Of a stretch of 34,539 nucleotides of DNA, positions 34,012 to 34,539 are shown in pieces (the first letter of the stretch is position 1; each line of letters starts with the position of its first letter). The position numbers were made by a program, and so were the translations under genes. The notes beneath the pieces were generated by a model, which was given only the letters and a program-made list of their open reading frames with translations, was not told the DNA's origin and made no database searches. The stretch is from positions 1 through 34,539 of the IMG/VR virus record IMGVR_UViG_3300017774_008538; one strand, written 5' to 3'. The stretch comes from a virus. Taxonomy: Duplodnaviria > Caudoviricetes.

Positions 34012-34539
34012 CCCCTAACTATGGGATTGTCTGGAGGATTGCTCCCCTTCACATTGTAGGCATTGTTCTGAGGAGCAGCGACAACTCGATCAGTATTATT
34101 GCAAGCTTGCCCAGTGTTTCGCACATCTTTATTTTCAGCAACCAGATTGAGGGGGAGATTTTTGAACAAGTGACTATGACTATAGGTGAAAAGACAATTG
34201 GGATCGGCGATATCATTGCAAGGTGTCTTGCTCCAAACAATGCCCCAACCAGTACAAACACTTGCCCCAGGCTGCACATAGCCAATAATTTTTGCATCAA
34301 TATTATTTGTAGTACCATAAACAAAGCTTTTCTCTGTTTCTTGAATTTCCACAGGAGCTGTAACATGATGAACTGTCAATTCTCCTTCAATGTGTGCTCC
34401 GCCCCCCACCACTAGATTCTTGCTAACACCCAAACTAGAATCCACCATCACCTGTTCGTAATTGCGTTGACGCAGAACAAGTATGTCACTGGTGATAACA
34501 GTGCGACTTCCTCCGTCAATATTCAATTCGTATTGAGCA
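34008..34539 (-). CDS. C-terminal part of a larger protein (possibly baseplate hub/spike-like); start outside the window
   Basis: Frame open to the window edge; beta-repeat-like NLVVGGGAHIEGEL and HSH metal-binding-like motif. Confidence 0.5.
   Translation of the reverse strand, partial: AQYELNIDGGSRTVITSDILVLRQRNYEQVMVDSSLGVSKNLVVGGGAHIEGELTVHHVTAPVEIQETEKSFVYGTTNNIDAKIIGYVQPGASVCTGWGIVWSKTPCNDIADPNCLFTYSHSHLFKNLPLNLVAENKDVRNTGQACNNTDRVVAAPQNNAYNVKGSNPPDNPIVRG

Noticed and set aside
1-34539. Stop-codon reassignment (seen in some large phages)
   Set aside because: Core genes are full length under the standard code and end in TAA, TAG and TGA at expected positions
1-34539. tRNA or rRNA genes
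   Set aside because: Intergenic gaps are nearly all under 100 nt and none shows a cloverleaf or T-loop signature by eye

Overview
AT-rich fragment of a large T4-like (myovirus-type) bacteriophage genome using the standard genetic code. The core (about 5.2-23.8 kb, + strand) is a T4-type replication, recombination and late-transcription cluster: uvsY, uvsW, gp55, gp47, gp46, gp43, uvsX, gp41, gp32 and gp45. Two glycosyltransferases, a DHH-family protein and an NDP-rhamnose epimerase/reductase-like enzyme are interleaved in it. The left arm carries an ArdC-like ssDNA-binding/zincin protein, a calcineurin-like phosphoesterase followed by two proteins made of a duplicated winged-HTH-like unit, small late genes and a GIY-YIG nuclease. 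The right arm carries three paralogous 7-repeat beta-propeller proteins with a tail-assembly chaperone, four consecutive predicted peptidoglycan hydrolases, and a collar-domain tail fibre. Three patterns stand out on reading the DNA. (1) About 14 late TAAATA boxes sit only 5-7 nt before start codons, suggesting leaderless mRNAs. (2) A set of TTGAnn-TAnnnT promoters has an unusually short 15-16 nt spacer and is also leaderless. (3) Many unrelated late proteins share an N-terminal leader ending (L/I)-x-E, resembling the T4 capsid-targeting sequence, which suggests a packaged and injected protein cargo including the ArdC-like protein and a SleB-like hydrolase. All calls come from motif recognition by eye; no searches were run.
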